This document shows positions 31,626 through 41,560 of a stretch of 64,000 bases of DNA, piece by piece. The position numbers and the translations under genes are program-made. Position 1 is the first letter of the stretch. Each line of letters starts with the position of its first letter. The notes below the pieces were generated by a model, which searched no databases, was not told where the DNA came from, and saw only the letters and a program-made list of their open reading frames with translations. Origin of the DNA: an uncultured Rhodospirillaceae bacterium (GTDB lineage Bacteria; Pseudomonadota; Alphaproteobacteria; UBA828); contig CAXEND010000001.1 in NCBI GenBank assembly GCA_963997635.1, positions 80,005 through 144,004 of the forward strand, given 5' to 3'.

Positions 31626-31697
31626 GTATCATCAAACATTTAAAATGTTGTTGCGTCAAGAGGGTCTTAGCCATTTAAAAATTTATTGATTAATATA

Positions 31698-32687
31698 TTA
31701 ATTGCATGACCCCCCACCTAAAATGCAGAAACTGGAACAGTTTGGGTGATTAAGGGTTATATCTTTATTAGCTTTAGTAAGCGTTGATCCTAGTTCGAAA
31801 TTTTTTTCGTAGGGTATAAGTGTACATGGCATAACGACAGTTTCTTGTGATTCGCGTTTCTTTACTATCATACGTGAACGGGCACACATGATTTTGTCAA
31901 TTGAAATATCGAGAATATCAAGGCAGTTCTTAGTAATTTTTTGTGTTGTTCCCTCAATAGGCATTTCTGGGAATATGACTAGATGTTCATTATTATATGG
32001 ATCTAACCTGAGTTTTAAAGAATTAAAAAAGTCTTGAAATCCATCTCTTATTTTTTCTTCAGGTTCATTCCAAAGTTTTCTAGCTGCTATAGTAAAGTTA
32101 AATCCATGATCGTTAAGCCAATTCAAACCTAAACACATTGAATTCCATGAATTTTTACCTCTTTCCTCAGCAAAATATTTCTCCTTATAATGGTCGATGG
32201 ATATGCGTAGCTTAATTAAATCACCATAAGTATCCTGTAGTAATAACAAGTCCTTATATTTTTTCATCATAGGTCGCATTGCATTAGTAAGTATTAAGGA
32301 TGAAAACCCCCTATTGAGTGTTTCCTCAATTAACTGCATAATATTTGGGTTCATAAATGGCTCTCCACCTGTAAAACCAATTTCTTTCGTAGGCATATTA
32401 TATTTACTAATTTCTTCAAAATAGGGGATAATATCTTCTAATGTTGGGTAAAGTAGCCGGTTATTTGTAGGACTAGACTCAATATAGCAGTGAGGGCATG
32501 ATAAATTACACAGGGTGCCAGTATTAATCCAAAGTGTTTCAAGGCTATTCAAGTTAACTATTGGAGGTGTATCTGAATCTGAATAATCTTCACTAGGTTT
32601 TTCAGATAAAGTACTTTTATAATCATCGGAAGCTGGTTTATTGTTTAATGTCATTGAGATATCTTCTTTTTTATTTATGTATAGCAA
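31698..32687 (-). CDS. Radical SAM protein with C-terminal Cys-rich domain (possibly ArsS/DUF3641-like)
   Basis: CxxxCxxC motif (CNLSCPHC) about 60 aa from the N-terminus; C-terminal CSSFCILGGGSC; family assignment tentative. Confidence 0.55.
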   Translation of the reverse strand: MLYINKKEDISMTLNNKPASDDYKSTLSEKPSEDYSDSDTPPIVNLNSLETLWINTGTLCNLSCPHCYIESSPTNNRLLYPTLEDIIPYFEEISKYNMPTKEIGFTGGEPFMNPNIMQLIEETLNRGFSSLILTNAMRPMMKKYKDLLLLQDTYGDLIKLRISIDHYKEKYFAEERGKNSWNSMCLGLNWLNDHGFNFTIAARKLWNEPEEKIRDGFQDFFNSLKLRLDPYNNEHLVIFPEMPIEGTTQKITKNCLDILDISIDKIMCARSRMIVKKRESQETVVMPCTLIPYEKNFELGSTLTKANKDITLNHPNCSSFCILGGGSCN

Positions 32688-32780
32688 AAATGAATTAGAT
32701 TTTTACCAAAAAATATTTTCTCTATAATCTTGCTTGTTGGTTCACGAAAGTTAGAAAATGTTATTAGTATAGCTTTGTAA

Positions 32781-32854
32781 GCGGATGTATCTCAATGGTA
32801 GAGTAGAAGTTTCCCAAGCTTAAGACGAGGGTTCGATTCCCTTCATCTGCTCCA
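32781..32854 (+). tRNA. tRNA-Gly (anticodon CCC)
   Basis: 74-nt cloverleaf: acceptor gcggatg/catctgc, anticodon loop uuCCCaa, T-arm gagggTTCGATTccctt, encoded CCA. Confidence 0.8.
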
Positions 32855-32905
32855 ATGCGGCAGTTTTTTAATTTTGATTAGATCTAAAATGTATGGGATA
32901 GAGTT

Positions 32906-34108
32906 GTGAATCTTGATCGTCAGAGATTGTTATTTTTAAATATAGGGCATACTTTTGATCACCTATTAATGCTTCTTTTCCCAACCATTGTTTTAGGGCT
33001 AGAGGATGAGTTTAATCGTCCGTATGGAGAGCTTATATCTTTATCAATACCTGGGTTTATCGCATTTGCTGCAGGAACACCTTTGGCAGGTTGGCTAGGA
33101 GATCGGTGGAGCCGTAATGGCATGATGGCGATTTTTTTTATAGGGATTGGTATAGCCACAATTATTACTGGATTTGCCCAGAACACTTGGCAAATTGCAG
33201 CTGGTTTAGGTTTAATTGGAGTCTTTGCGTCAATATATCATCCAGTCGGTTATTCTATTTTAGTGGAGGGGAGAGACAAAGTAGGTCGTTTGCTGGGGGT
33301 AAATGGGGTCTTTGGAAATTTTGGTGTTGCAGGTGCTGCTCTTGTAGCCGCAGTCTTAATGGATTTAGTTAGTTGGCGTGTCGCGTTTGTTGTTCCTGGT
33401 GCTGCTGCTATGTTGGTTGGGTTCATTTTTATATGGCATTGCTGGAAATACCCGTCACCACCTCGTAAAAAGTTTGAAGATAAGGTAATTGAGAATCAGT
33501 CTCTCGAGATCCGGCGCAGATTAATAATACGGATACTTTTATTAATGACTTTTTGTGTTGTCTTATCAGGTGTTATTTATCAGGGAATATTAATTGCATT
33601 ACCAAAAATTTTTGATGTGGGTCTAGGTAAACTTACAACAACTGATATGGATACAGGAATTCTTGTATCTGGAGTAATTGCCCTTGCAGCATTTGCACAA
33701 ATTGGTATCGGGTGGCTGGTTGATAGATACTCACCAAAGCTAATTTGGGTATTACTTGTAATCGCTCAATTACCATTCATGGCTTTGATGAGTTTTGTAA
33801 GTGAAGCTGGAATGCTTGTAGTCTCTTTAGCTATGATGGTACTTATTATAGGAGAAGTACCTGTTCAAGATGTTTTGATTACCAGATATACAGTGGACTC
33901 TTGGAGATCTAGAATTTTTGGAATTAAATTTCTTCTTGCGTTAGCGCCAGCATCTCTTGCACCAATACTTGTTGCCTTTCTTCATGGGTCTGACGGAAGC
34001 TTTACTTGGTTGTATGTAGTCCTAGGAGTAAGTGCATTGGTAATAGCCTTATTTGTTTTCCTTTTACCGGATCCAAAAATCTTGTCGGGTCAGATTAATA
34101 AAAGTTAG
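32906..34108 (+). CDS. MFS transporter
   Basis: 400-aa protein with 12 predicted TM helices and an MFS-like motif (GWLGDRWSRNG) in loop 2-3. Confidence 0.8.
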   Translation: MNLDRQRLLFLNIGHTFDHLLMLLFPTIVLGLEDEFNRPYGELISLSIPGFIAFAAGTPLAGWLGDRWSRNGMMAIFFIGIGIATIITGFAQNTWQIAAGLGLIGVFASIYHPVGYSILVEGRDKVGRLLGVNGVFGNFGVAGAALVAAVLMDLVSWRVAFVVPGAAAMLVGFIFIWHCWKYPSPPRKKFEDKVIENQSLEIRRRLIIRILLLMTFCVVLSGVIYQGILIALPKIFDVGLGKLTTTDMDTGILVSGVIALAAFAQIGIGWLVDRYSPKLIWVLLVIAQLPFMALMSFVSEAGMLVVSLAMMVLIIGEVPVQDVLITRYTVDSWRSRIFGIKFLLALAPASLAPILVAFLHGSDGSFTWLYVVLGVSALVIALFVFLLPDPKILSGQINKS

Positions 34109-34200
34109 GATGTTTAATTTAATATTACAAAGATTGTAATTTTAGGGAATCAAAGGGCTTAGATTGATGTGTAAGTATTTTATATATGTGGGGATAAAGT

Positions 34201-34905
34201 TTGGAACAGTTTAGTGATTCATTTGTGGCGGCACTTAGCATGATCTTTGGTGCTGATCCTGGGTTAGGAGAAGTAGTATTACTGTCACTGAAGGTGAGTG
34301 GTAGTGCCGTTGCTCTGGCGATTTTTTTTGGTCTACCTCTTGGTGCATTCTTAGCCTTATATCGTTTTCCAGGGAGAGGCCTTACAATCATCTGTGTAAA
34401 TGCCTTAATGGGCCTACCACCAGTTGTTATTGGTTTGCTTGTATACATCATTTTTTCTCGTGCTGGCCCTCTCGGGGTTTTTGGATTGCTTTATTCACCA
34501 TCAGTAATGATTATAGCTCAGTTGCTTTTGGTACTTCCAATTATTGCTGCCCTATCAAGGCAGCATTTTGTTGACTTGTGGCATGAATATGGAGATCAAC
34601 TAATGTCTCTGGGCTCAAATCGTTGGCGAGCGGTCCCAACATTGCTGTGGGAAGGGCGAGTTAACTTAGTAACAGTAGGGCTAGCGGGATTTGGAAGAGC
34701 AATTGCTGAGGTTGGAGCCGTGATGATCGTTGGTGGCAATATTGACCATTATACCCGTGTAATGACAACTGCAATAACATTAGAAACTAGTAAAGGTAAT
34801 TTATCACTAGCATTGGGATTGGGAATAATTTTATTATTATTATCAGTATTTGTTAATTTGGGAGTCTCACTTGCTAGAGCTGTAACTATTAGGCAGGGAG
34901 TTTAA
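34201..34905 (+). CDS. tupB: Tungstate ABC transporter permease
   Basis: ABC permease with EAA-like loop; first gene of a permease-ATPase-TupA-like binding protein cluster. Confidence 0.7.
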   Translation: MEQFSDSFVAALSMIFGADPGLGEVVLLSLKVSGSAVALAIFFGLPLGAFLALYRFPGRGLTIICVNALMGLPPVVIGLLVYIIFSRAGPLGVFGLLYSPSVMIIAQLLLVLPIIAALSRQHFVDLWHEYGDQLMSLGSNRWRAVPTLLWEGRVNLVTVGLAGFGRAIAEVGAVMIVGGNIDHYTRVMTTAITLETSKGNLSLALGLGIILLLLSVFVNLGVSLARAVTIRQGV

Positions 34906-34911
34906 TACTAG

Positions 34912-35676
34912 ATGAATTTTTCAGGTGTCCTACCACTTTCCTTCAATGACGTTTCTTTATCTCTTGAAGGAAGAGTAGTTCTTGACAATGTCAGCTTAGA
35001 TATTTTGCCTCATGAACGTACTATTATTCTTGGGCCAAACGGTGCTGGAAAGACTACACTGCTACGTTTATGTCATGGTTTAATTAGTGCCGATAGTGGA
35101 GAAGTTTGTTGGCAAGGACCTCAGGCAGGTATGCGTTCACGGCGTCAGGCAATGGTTTTTCAAAGGCCAATAATGCTGAGACGTTCTGTACGCGCAAATA
35201 TTGCATATGGTTTAAAATTTACTGGTCTTTCATATAGACAAAAAAAAGAGCGTGTTGCTGAGGTTATAGAAGTAACTGGATTAAATGATTTAGCTAATAG
35301 GTCAGCACGATTACTATCTACTGGAGAACAGCAAAGAGTTGCAATAGCTAGAGCGTGGGCTTTAGGCCCGGAGATACTATTTCTTGATGAACCTACAGCG
35401 AGTTTGGATCCTGGTGGGACCAGAGCAATTGAACGTCTTGTGGAATTTGTTAGTGGAGCTGGTACAACGGTAGTTCTTACAACTCAGGATTTATCGCAAG
35501 CACGAAGACTTGCTGAGAGGATTATATTTTTCCATAATGGAAAGGCCATTGAAATTGCTGACGCTAAATCCTTTTTTATGCGACCAAAAAGCAGAGAGGC
35601 CAAAGCTTTCTTAGAGGGTGAAATATTATGGCAGAATAAAACAGATTATAAGGGTTTGCAGCTGTGTGTCGGATAG
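34912..35676 (+). CDS. tupC: Tungstate ABC transporter ATP-binding protein
   Basis: Walker A GPNGAGKT, signature LSTGEQQR, Walker B ILFLDEP; 254 aa. Confidence 0.75.
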   Translation: MNFSGVLPLSFNDVSLSLEGRVVLDNVSLDILPHERTIILGPNGAGKTTLLRLCHGLISADSGEVCWQGPQAGMRSRRQAMVFQRPIMLRRSVRANIAYGLKFTGLSYRQKKERVAEVIEVTGLNDLANRSARLLSTGEQQRVAIARAWALGPEILFLDEPTASLDPGGTRAIERLVEFVSGAGTTVVLTTQDLSQARRLAERIIFFHNGKAIEIADAKSFFMRPKSREAKAFLEGEILWQNKTDYKGLQLCVG

Positions 35677-36503
35677 TTTTTTTTTATTTTTTTTCAATTT
35701 TTATTTTATTCTACACACTCGGAATTAGCGAAGTTCTTGCAGGCAGGAATATTAAGCTTGCAACAACAACCTCTACAGAAAACTCAGGACTGCTAAAAAG
35801 ACTGTTGCCTGTTTTTGAAAATCGTAAGGATATTAAGGTATTAGTCATTGCTGTTGGTACAGGTCAAGCTCTAAAAATAGGAAAAGATGGGGATGCTGAT
35901 GTTCTGCTTGTGCACGACTCTGTTGCAGAGAAAGAATTCATGCAGAAGGGCTTTGGAATTTCTCGTAGAGAGGTTATGTCTAATGACTTCATTATTGTTG
36001 GTCCCCAAGGTGATCCTGCAAGGATAAAGGGAGGGCGTGACGCAGTAAAAGCATTTAAGAAAATTTATTCTAATTCTATTAAGTTTGTCTCACGTGGTGA
36101 TGATAGTGGTACACACAAAGCAGAGAAAAGACTATGGGAAACTGCAAGCAATATTTTACCATGGAATGTAACTTCAACAAGTTGGTATAATGAAGTAGGT
36201 GCTGGTATGGGCCAGACGTTAAATATAGCAATAGGAATGGGAGCTTATACTATTGTTGACAGAGGTACTTGGCTTGCTTTTAAAAATAAGAGGGAACATA
36301 TAATTATGGTTGAAGATAAAGAAACTCTTCACAACCCATACAGCGTGATTTTAATAAATCCAAATATACACCCACACACTAAATCCGAAGATGCAAAACA
36401 GTTTTATGATTGGGTGATTGGTGAAGAAGCACAGGAAATTATTTCTGAATACCGGATTGACGGAGAAAGGCTATTCTTGCCAAATATTGATATTTATAAA
36501 TGA
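35664..36503 (+). CDS. tupA: Tungstate-binding periplasmic protein
   Basis: Strong match to the TupA signature block (LATTTSTENSGLL...VIAVGTGQALKIGKDGDADVLLVHD...FIIVGPQGDPARIKG) after a signal peptide. Confidence 0.75.
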   Translation: MCRIVFFYFFSIFILFYTLGISEVLAGRNIKLATTTSTENSGLLKRLLPVFENRKDIKVLVIAVGTGQALKIGKDGDADVLLVHDSVAEKEFMQKGFGISRREVMSNDFIIVGPQGDPARIKGGRDAVKAFKKIYSNSIKFVSRGDDSGTHKAEKRLWETASNILPWNVTSTSWYNEVGAGMGQTLNIAIGMGAYTIVDRGTWLAFKNKREHIIMVEDKETLHNPYSVILINPNIHPHTKSEDAKQFYDWVIGEEAQEIISEYRIDGERLFLPNIDIYK

Positions 36504-37849
36504 TAATTTTTTATGCAAAAAAATCTCATTACTTTTTTTCTAACCTTGGTTTAGGAATTAATATTTTCCTTCCTAGTAAGATTATTTGGTTAATTAATTT
36601 TATATTAATTTTTATATTCATATTAATGGTCGAGCAGACCAATCCTAGGGCCCAGAAAAATGATGGGCTGGGTAAAAATCTTTTTAATCTTGTTTGGACT
36701 GATTCAATTGACGAATCATTAGATGGAAATGGGCTTGGTCCTCTTTATAACGCTTCGAGCTGTGTTTCTTGTCATCCAAAAAATAGTCGTGTTGGCCCTC
36801 CTAGATTAATAGGTGAAAAAGCGCTAGGAATGTTAGTTCGTATTTCAGTAAAAAATAACTTAAATCAAGAAGTCCCTCATCCAAAATATGGGACGCAAAT
36901 AAATACTTTCTCAGTAAAAGATTTTCCTGCTGAGGGGGTAATATATGTTACATGGGAATATAAGAATGGGACATATGGAGATGGTGAGAGCTGGCAATTA
37001 CGTCGTCCAGTACTGCTTTTTTCAGAACTTGCTTATGGGCCTATAGATAGCTCTGTATTACGTTCTGCAAGAGTACCACCTAGTCTTAATACTTCAGGGA
37101 AAATTGAAAAAGTTAATGATTCTTCAATAATTACTGGTGCGGATCCTGACGATTTAGATGGAGATAATATATCTGGACGTCCAAATTTTGTTCGGTCAAA
37201 AATAACTGGTTCTAACCAAATTGGTCGATTTGGATGGAAAGCTGGGAAATATAACCTTAAAGAACAAGTGGCAACAGCTTTAATTGAGGATATGGGTATT
37301 ACAAACTCTATATACCCAAAGCAAATATGTCCCCCGATTGATATCAATTGTAAAACTAAAAACAATAACAGAACTAGTTTAGAATTGAATGATAAAGGCC
37401 TGTTATCTCTAGTTAAGTATATTTCTAATATTGATAAAGAAAACTCAAATATAATAAATAACCAAGCATCAAGTATAGAAAAGCTAGGTAAATCATTATT
37501 TATAAGAAGTAGTTGCGACAGTTGTCACGTTCCACATCTTAAAGGAAAAAATGGAGAAAATGTCGTGTTATATTCGGATTTACTACTTCATGATATGGGT
37601 GAGGGCTTAGCGGATCAAAGGCGTGAATTTGAGGCCACAGGAAGAGAGTGGAGAACTGCACCTCTAGTGGGTCTTAGTAACCTTTTTTCTCCAAATAATA
37701 AGATATCACTCTTACATGATGGTAGAGCGCGTGGATTTTCAGAAGCTATTTTATGGCATGGTGGAGAAGCGATGGACTCAAGAGAAAACTTTAGATTAAT
37801 GGAAAAAAAGGAGAGAGAAGCACTTCTAAGTTATTTAGAATCTTTATGA
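36500..37849 (+). CDS. Di-heme cytochrome c, DUF1111-like putative peroxidase/thiol oxidoreductase
   Basis: Two CxxCH motifs (CVSCH, CDSCH) about 250 aa apart; N-terminal hydrophobic anchor; ATGA start/stop overlap with tupA at 36500-36503. Confidence 0.55.
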   Translation: MIIFYAKKSHYFFSNLGLGINIFLPSKIIWLINFILIFIFILMVEQTNPRAQKNDGLGKNLFNLVWTDSIDESLDGNGLGPLYNASSCVSCHPKNSRVGPPRLIGEKALGMLVRISVKNNLNQEVPHPKYGTQINTFSVKDFPAEGVIYVTWEYKNGTYGDGESWQLRRPVLLFSELAYGPIDSSVLRSARVPPSLNTSGKIEKVNDSSIITGADPDDLDGDNISGRPNFVRSKITGSNQIGRFGWKAGKYNLKEQVATALIEDMGITNSIYPKQICPPIDINCKTKNNNRTSLELNDKGLLSLVKYISNIDKENSNIINNQASSIEKLGKSLFIRSSCDSCHVPHLKGKNGENVVLYSDLLLHDMGEGLADQRREFEATGREWRTAPLVGLSNLFSPNNKISLLHDGRARGFSEAILWHGGEAMDSRENFRLMEKKEREALLSYLESL

Positions 37850-37854
37850 AATAT

Positions 37855-39684
37855 TTATGTTGGCTTAGTTTTTTTCTCTCTTAAAGCTCGTTTCCTATCA
37901 TTAGGATCTAATAAATGTTTTCTGAGACGTATTGATCTAGGCGTTACTTCTACTAACTCATCATCAGCAATATAAGCAATGGCAGATTCTAAGGAAAATT
38001 TCTTAGGTGGACTAAGTTTGATTGCCTCGTCTTTTCCCGCCGCACGAATATTTGTTAGTTGTTTTGTGCGCATTGGATTTACCTCCAGATCATTTCTCCT
38101 AGAATGTTCACCCAAAATCATTCCGTTGTATACTTTGTCTCCCGGAGAGATAAATAGAATTCCTCTTTCTTCGAGGTTAGAAAGAGCGAAAGGGATGGCG
38201 GAACCATTAGAGATAGATACAAGCACCCCAGATAGACGCATATGTATTTCTCCAAAATATGGCTCATAACCACAAAAAATACGATGTATTACACCAGTTC
38301 CACGTGTAGCTGTCATAAACTCACCATGATAGCCAATAAGTCCACGTGAAGGTGCCCGAAATATTAAACGTGTCTTTTCATTTCCTGAGGGTGTCATATT
38401 TATTAATTGACTTTTTCGTTTGCTAAGACCTTCAACAACTATACCAACGAAATCATTATCTAAATCAATGAGTATTTCTTCTACAGGTTCTTCTCTCTTC
38501 CCATTTAAAGAGTTAACTCTTTCAATAATCTCAGGCCTACTCACTGAGAATTCATATCCTTCTCTTCTCATTGTTTCAAAAAGGACACCAAGTTGAAGTT
38601 CGCCGCGTCCAGAAACATTATAACTTCCTGGTTTTTCAGAATCAGTTACAGAGATAGCAACATTATGTTCAGACTCACGAATTAGCCGATCCCCTATAAC
38701 ACGAGACGTTACGTAAGTTCCTTCAATACCAGAGATAGGGGAGTCGTTGATAGAGACAATAACCGACATAGTAGGTGGATCAATAGGTTGAGATTTTAGA
38801 GGTTTTATTGAATCGGGTGCAGCGAGAGTATGAGATACAGAGGCTTTAGTAAAACCAGCAATAGCAATGATGTCACCTGCACTTGCCTTCGGGATAGGGA
38901 TTCTTTTTAGGCCACTGTATGAAAAAAGTTTATTTATTCTACCATTTTCAATAATTTTCCCGTCACGATTGAGTGCAGTAATATTATCGCCTTCCATAAC
39001 AGAACCGTTGTAAATACGACCTGTTAGAATTCTTCCTAAGTAAGGGTCTACCTCCTGGATAGATACTAATAACTCAAACGGGTGAATAGAGTTTCCCTGA
39101 GGCCTAGGAACATGTTTAATTATTAGTTGGAATAGTGGTTTAAGGTCGTGATTAGGTTTGTCAATATCTTTTGTAGCCCATCCATCTCGCCCTGAGGCAA
39201 AGAGAACTGGGAAATCTAATTGTTCGTCATCCGCCCCTAAAGAGTCAAATAAATCAAAAACTTCATCTAACACTTCGGAACTTCGTGAGTCAGATCGATC
39301 AATCTTATTTAAAACAACTATAGGTCTTAATCCCAGTCTAAGTGCTTTATCAAGTACAAATTTTGTCTGAGGCATTGGACCTTCAGCGGCATCTACTAAA
39401 ATTATAACTCCATCAACCATATCAAGAATACGTTCTACTTCACCTCCAAAATCTGCATGTCCAGGAGTATCAACGATATTGATACGAGTGTTTCCAGAGA
39501 TAATGGATGTGCATTTTGATAAAATTGTGATGCCTCTTTCTTTCTCTATATCCCCTGAGTCCAATGCTCTCTCTGAAATCCGTTCATTTTTTCTAAGTGT
39601 ACCACTTTCATATAACATGCTATCAACAAGAGTTGTTTTCCCATGATCAACATGTGCTATTATGGCTATATTTCGTAATTCCAT
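37855..39684 (-). CDS. typA: Translational GTPase TypA/BipA
   Basis: G-domain motifs (AHVDHGKTTL, DTPGHADF, NKID); 609 aa; EF-G-like domain order. Confidence 0.9.
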   Translation of the reverse strand: MELRNIAIIAHVDHGKTTLVDSMLYESGTLRKNERISERALDSGDIEKERGITILSKCTSIISGNTRINIVDTPGHADFGGEVERILDMVDGVIILVDAAEGPMPQTKFVLDKALRLGLRPIVVLNKIDRSDSRSSEVLDEVFDLFDSLGADDEQLDFPVLFASGRDGWATKDIDKPNHDLKPLFQLIIKHVPRPQGNSIHPFELLVSIQEVDPYLGRILTGRIYNGSVMEGDNITALNRDGKIIENGRINKLFSYSGLKRIPIPKASAGDIIAIAGFTKASVSHTLAAPDSIKPLKSQPIDPPTMSVIVSINDSPISGIEGTYVTSRVIGDRLIRESEHNVAISVTDSEKPGSYNVSGRGELQLGVLFETMRREGYEFSVSRPEIIERVNSLNGKREEPVEEILIDLDNDFVGIVVEGLSKRKSQLINMTPSGNEKTRLIFRAPSRGLIGYHGEFMTATRGTGVIHRIFCGYEPYFGEIHMRLSGVLVSISNGSAIPFALSNLEERGILFISPGDKVYNGMILGEHSRRNDLEVNPMRTKQLTNIRAAGKDEAIKLSPPKKFSLESAIAYIADDELVEVTPRSIRLRKHLLDPNDRKRALREKKTKPT

Positions 39685-39954
39685 TTTTTGGTTGTCATAT
39701 AGCTAGTTAAGAATGCAAAGATGTTATTTTCGTCTATTGCAGTAAATTACTTCTATAACTATTATTGCTACCCTCTTTAGAGTGTTAAATCGAATATTTT
39801 ATAAATTAAGCCGATGGGCTTGAAAGTTGTTACTTAGATTTATGCATGTTTATACGGGATGCGGGGCGCTCTCCCAAAGAATGGCATGATTGGTCATTTA
39901 TACAGAAGTTTCTATGGAATAAAAACCTGAAGAAATATTTAGGAGGCCCCTTTT

Positions 39955-40875
39955 GTGCAATTAAGAATATGTCAAGAGAATGCTAATTATTTATGGCAGC
40001 GCTGGCTGATATTTTTTATTGTGTTAGTGATATTATTTATAGTTCTCATACCTACCTCTGACAACCTACATGCAGAAAATAAAGGACATGAAAATAAGGG
40101 AAATTTAGTCGTCTTTGCTGCCATAAGTATGATTAATGCATTAGAAAATTTAGCAGAACAGTTTTCGCGTAGCGAAGGAATTAAAGTTGTAACAGTATTT
40201 GCATCTTCTTCACGATTAGCAAAACAGATTCAATTTGGGGCACCAGCTCATGTGTTTATTTCTGCTAACGTGAAGTGGATGGATTCTTTGTTGGATAAAG
40301 GTTTAATAGAAAAAAATAGCCTTGTTAAAGTTGTTAGTAACAAGTTGGTTCTAATAAAGCCATTTCATGAATTGGATTATGCAGAAAATCATGAAAACAA
40401 TATAATTGAGTTTTTACCAGATAAGAAAATAATTTACCTTGATTCAGAAACTAATATTTTTGAAATGCTAGGTGAAAAAAGACTAGCTATAGGCAACCCA
40501 GACTATGTTCCAGCTGGAATGTATGCTTTAGAGGCATTAAAAAAACTAGGTCTTTGGCATGAAGTAGCCAACAAAATTGCTCCTATGCCAAATGTGCGTT
40601 CGGTATTATCAGTTGTAGAGCGTGGTGAGGCCCCTATAGGTATAGTCTATAATAGTGACGCCAAGACAAGTAATAAAATTAAGGTTATAGGTGAAATTTC
40701 ACATAATGATCATCAAAATATTATATATCCTGGTGCTGTAACATCTGATGCTCCGCCTATAGCCCACAAGTTTCTGAAATATCTTTTAGGATATGAAGCA
40801 CAAGCAATATTTTCCAAGAATGGTTTTATTATTTGCTCAAATAATAGCTCAGAGGTATTAGAACTAAAATGTTAA
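39955..40875 (+). CDS. modA: Molybdate ABC transporter substrate-binding protein
   Basis: ModA-like core (VVFAAISMINAL...); GTG start at 39955 preceded by AGGAGG 8 nt upstream; followed by modB and modC. Confidence 0.85.
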   Translation: MQLRICQENANYLWQRWLIFFIVLVILFIVLIPTSDNLHAENKGHENKGNLVVFAAISMINALENLAEQFSRSEGIKVVTVFASSSRLAKQIQFGAPAHVFISANVKWMDSLLDKGLIEKNSLVKVVSNKLVLIKPFHELDYAENHENNIIEFLPDKKIIYLDSETNIFEMLGEKRLAIGNPDYVPAGMYALEALKKLGLWHEVANKIAPMPNVRSVLSVVERGEAPIGIVYNSDAKTSNKIKVIGEISHNDHQNIIYPGAVTSDAPPIAHKFLKYLLGYEAQAIFSKNGFIICSNNSSEVLELKC

Positions 40876-41558
40876 CTGCTTTAGAATGGGAAGCAATACA
40901 ACTTAGTCTGAGAATATCCTTCTGGGCTGTATTTATAAGTTTACCATTTGGCGTTGGGATTGCTTGGGTCTTAGGACGTTATAATTTCCCTGGCAAGTCG
41001 TTCTTGGATGCATTTGTAAATGCTCCATTGGTTATCCCTCCTGTTGCATTAGGATACATTTTGCTTGTTTTATTTGGTCGAACGGGATTATTTGGTAGGG
41101 TTTTAGAGGATTGGTTAGGTGTTAGCCTTGTGTTTACATGGGAAGGAGCTTCTCTTGCTTCAGCAATAGTATCTTTCCCTTTACTAGTGCGATCCATCAG
41201 AATATCAGTCGAGAATTTAGATCAAGGGCTTGAAAAAGCAGCTAGAACTCTTGGTGCCAACCCAATCAGGACTTTTTTTACTATTAGTTTGCCTTTGATA
41301 TGGCCCGGCATGCTAGCAGGAATTACATTAGCCTTTGCAAGGTGTGTAGGAGAATTTGGTGCGACTATAACTTTTGCATCTAATATTCCTGGAGAAACTC
41401 GTACATTACCTTTGGCTCTATACACAGTTATTGAGATGCCTGGAGGCGAATCAGCAGCTCTAAGGCTTATGATATTTTCGGTTGTATTAGCATTTATAGC
41501 TCTCTTCTTATCAGAATTTCTTGCTCGCAGATCGAGAAAAAAATTTAGGAGTAATTAA
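40869..41558 (+). CDS. modB: Molybdate ABC transporter permease
   Basis: 229-aa permease with EAA loop (LEKAARTLGANPIRTFFTISLPL). Confidence 0.85.
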   Translation: MLTALEWEAIQLSLRISFWAVFISLPFGVGIAWVLGRYNFPGKSFLDAFVNAPLVIPPVALGYILLVLFGRTGLFGRVLEDWLGVSLVFTWEGASLASAIVSFPLLVRSIRISVENLDQGLEKAARTLGANPIRTFFTISLPLIWPGMLAGITLAFARCVGEFGATITFASNIPGETRTLPLALYTVIEMPGGESAALRLMIFSVVLAFIALFLSEFLARRSRKKFRSN

Positions 41559-41560
41559 GG

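Noticed and set aside
32855-32905. Possible terminator after tRNA-Gly (gcggcag ttttttaatttt)
   Set aside because: A T-run is present but no stable upstream stem could be drawn.
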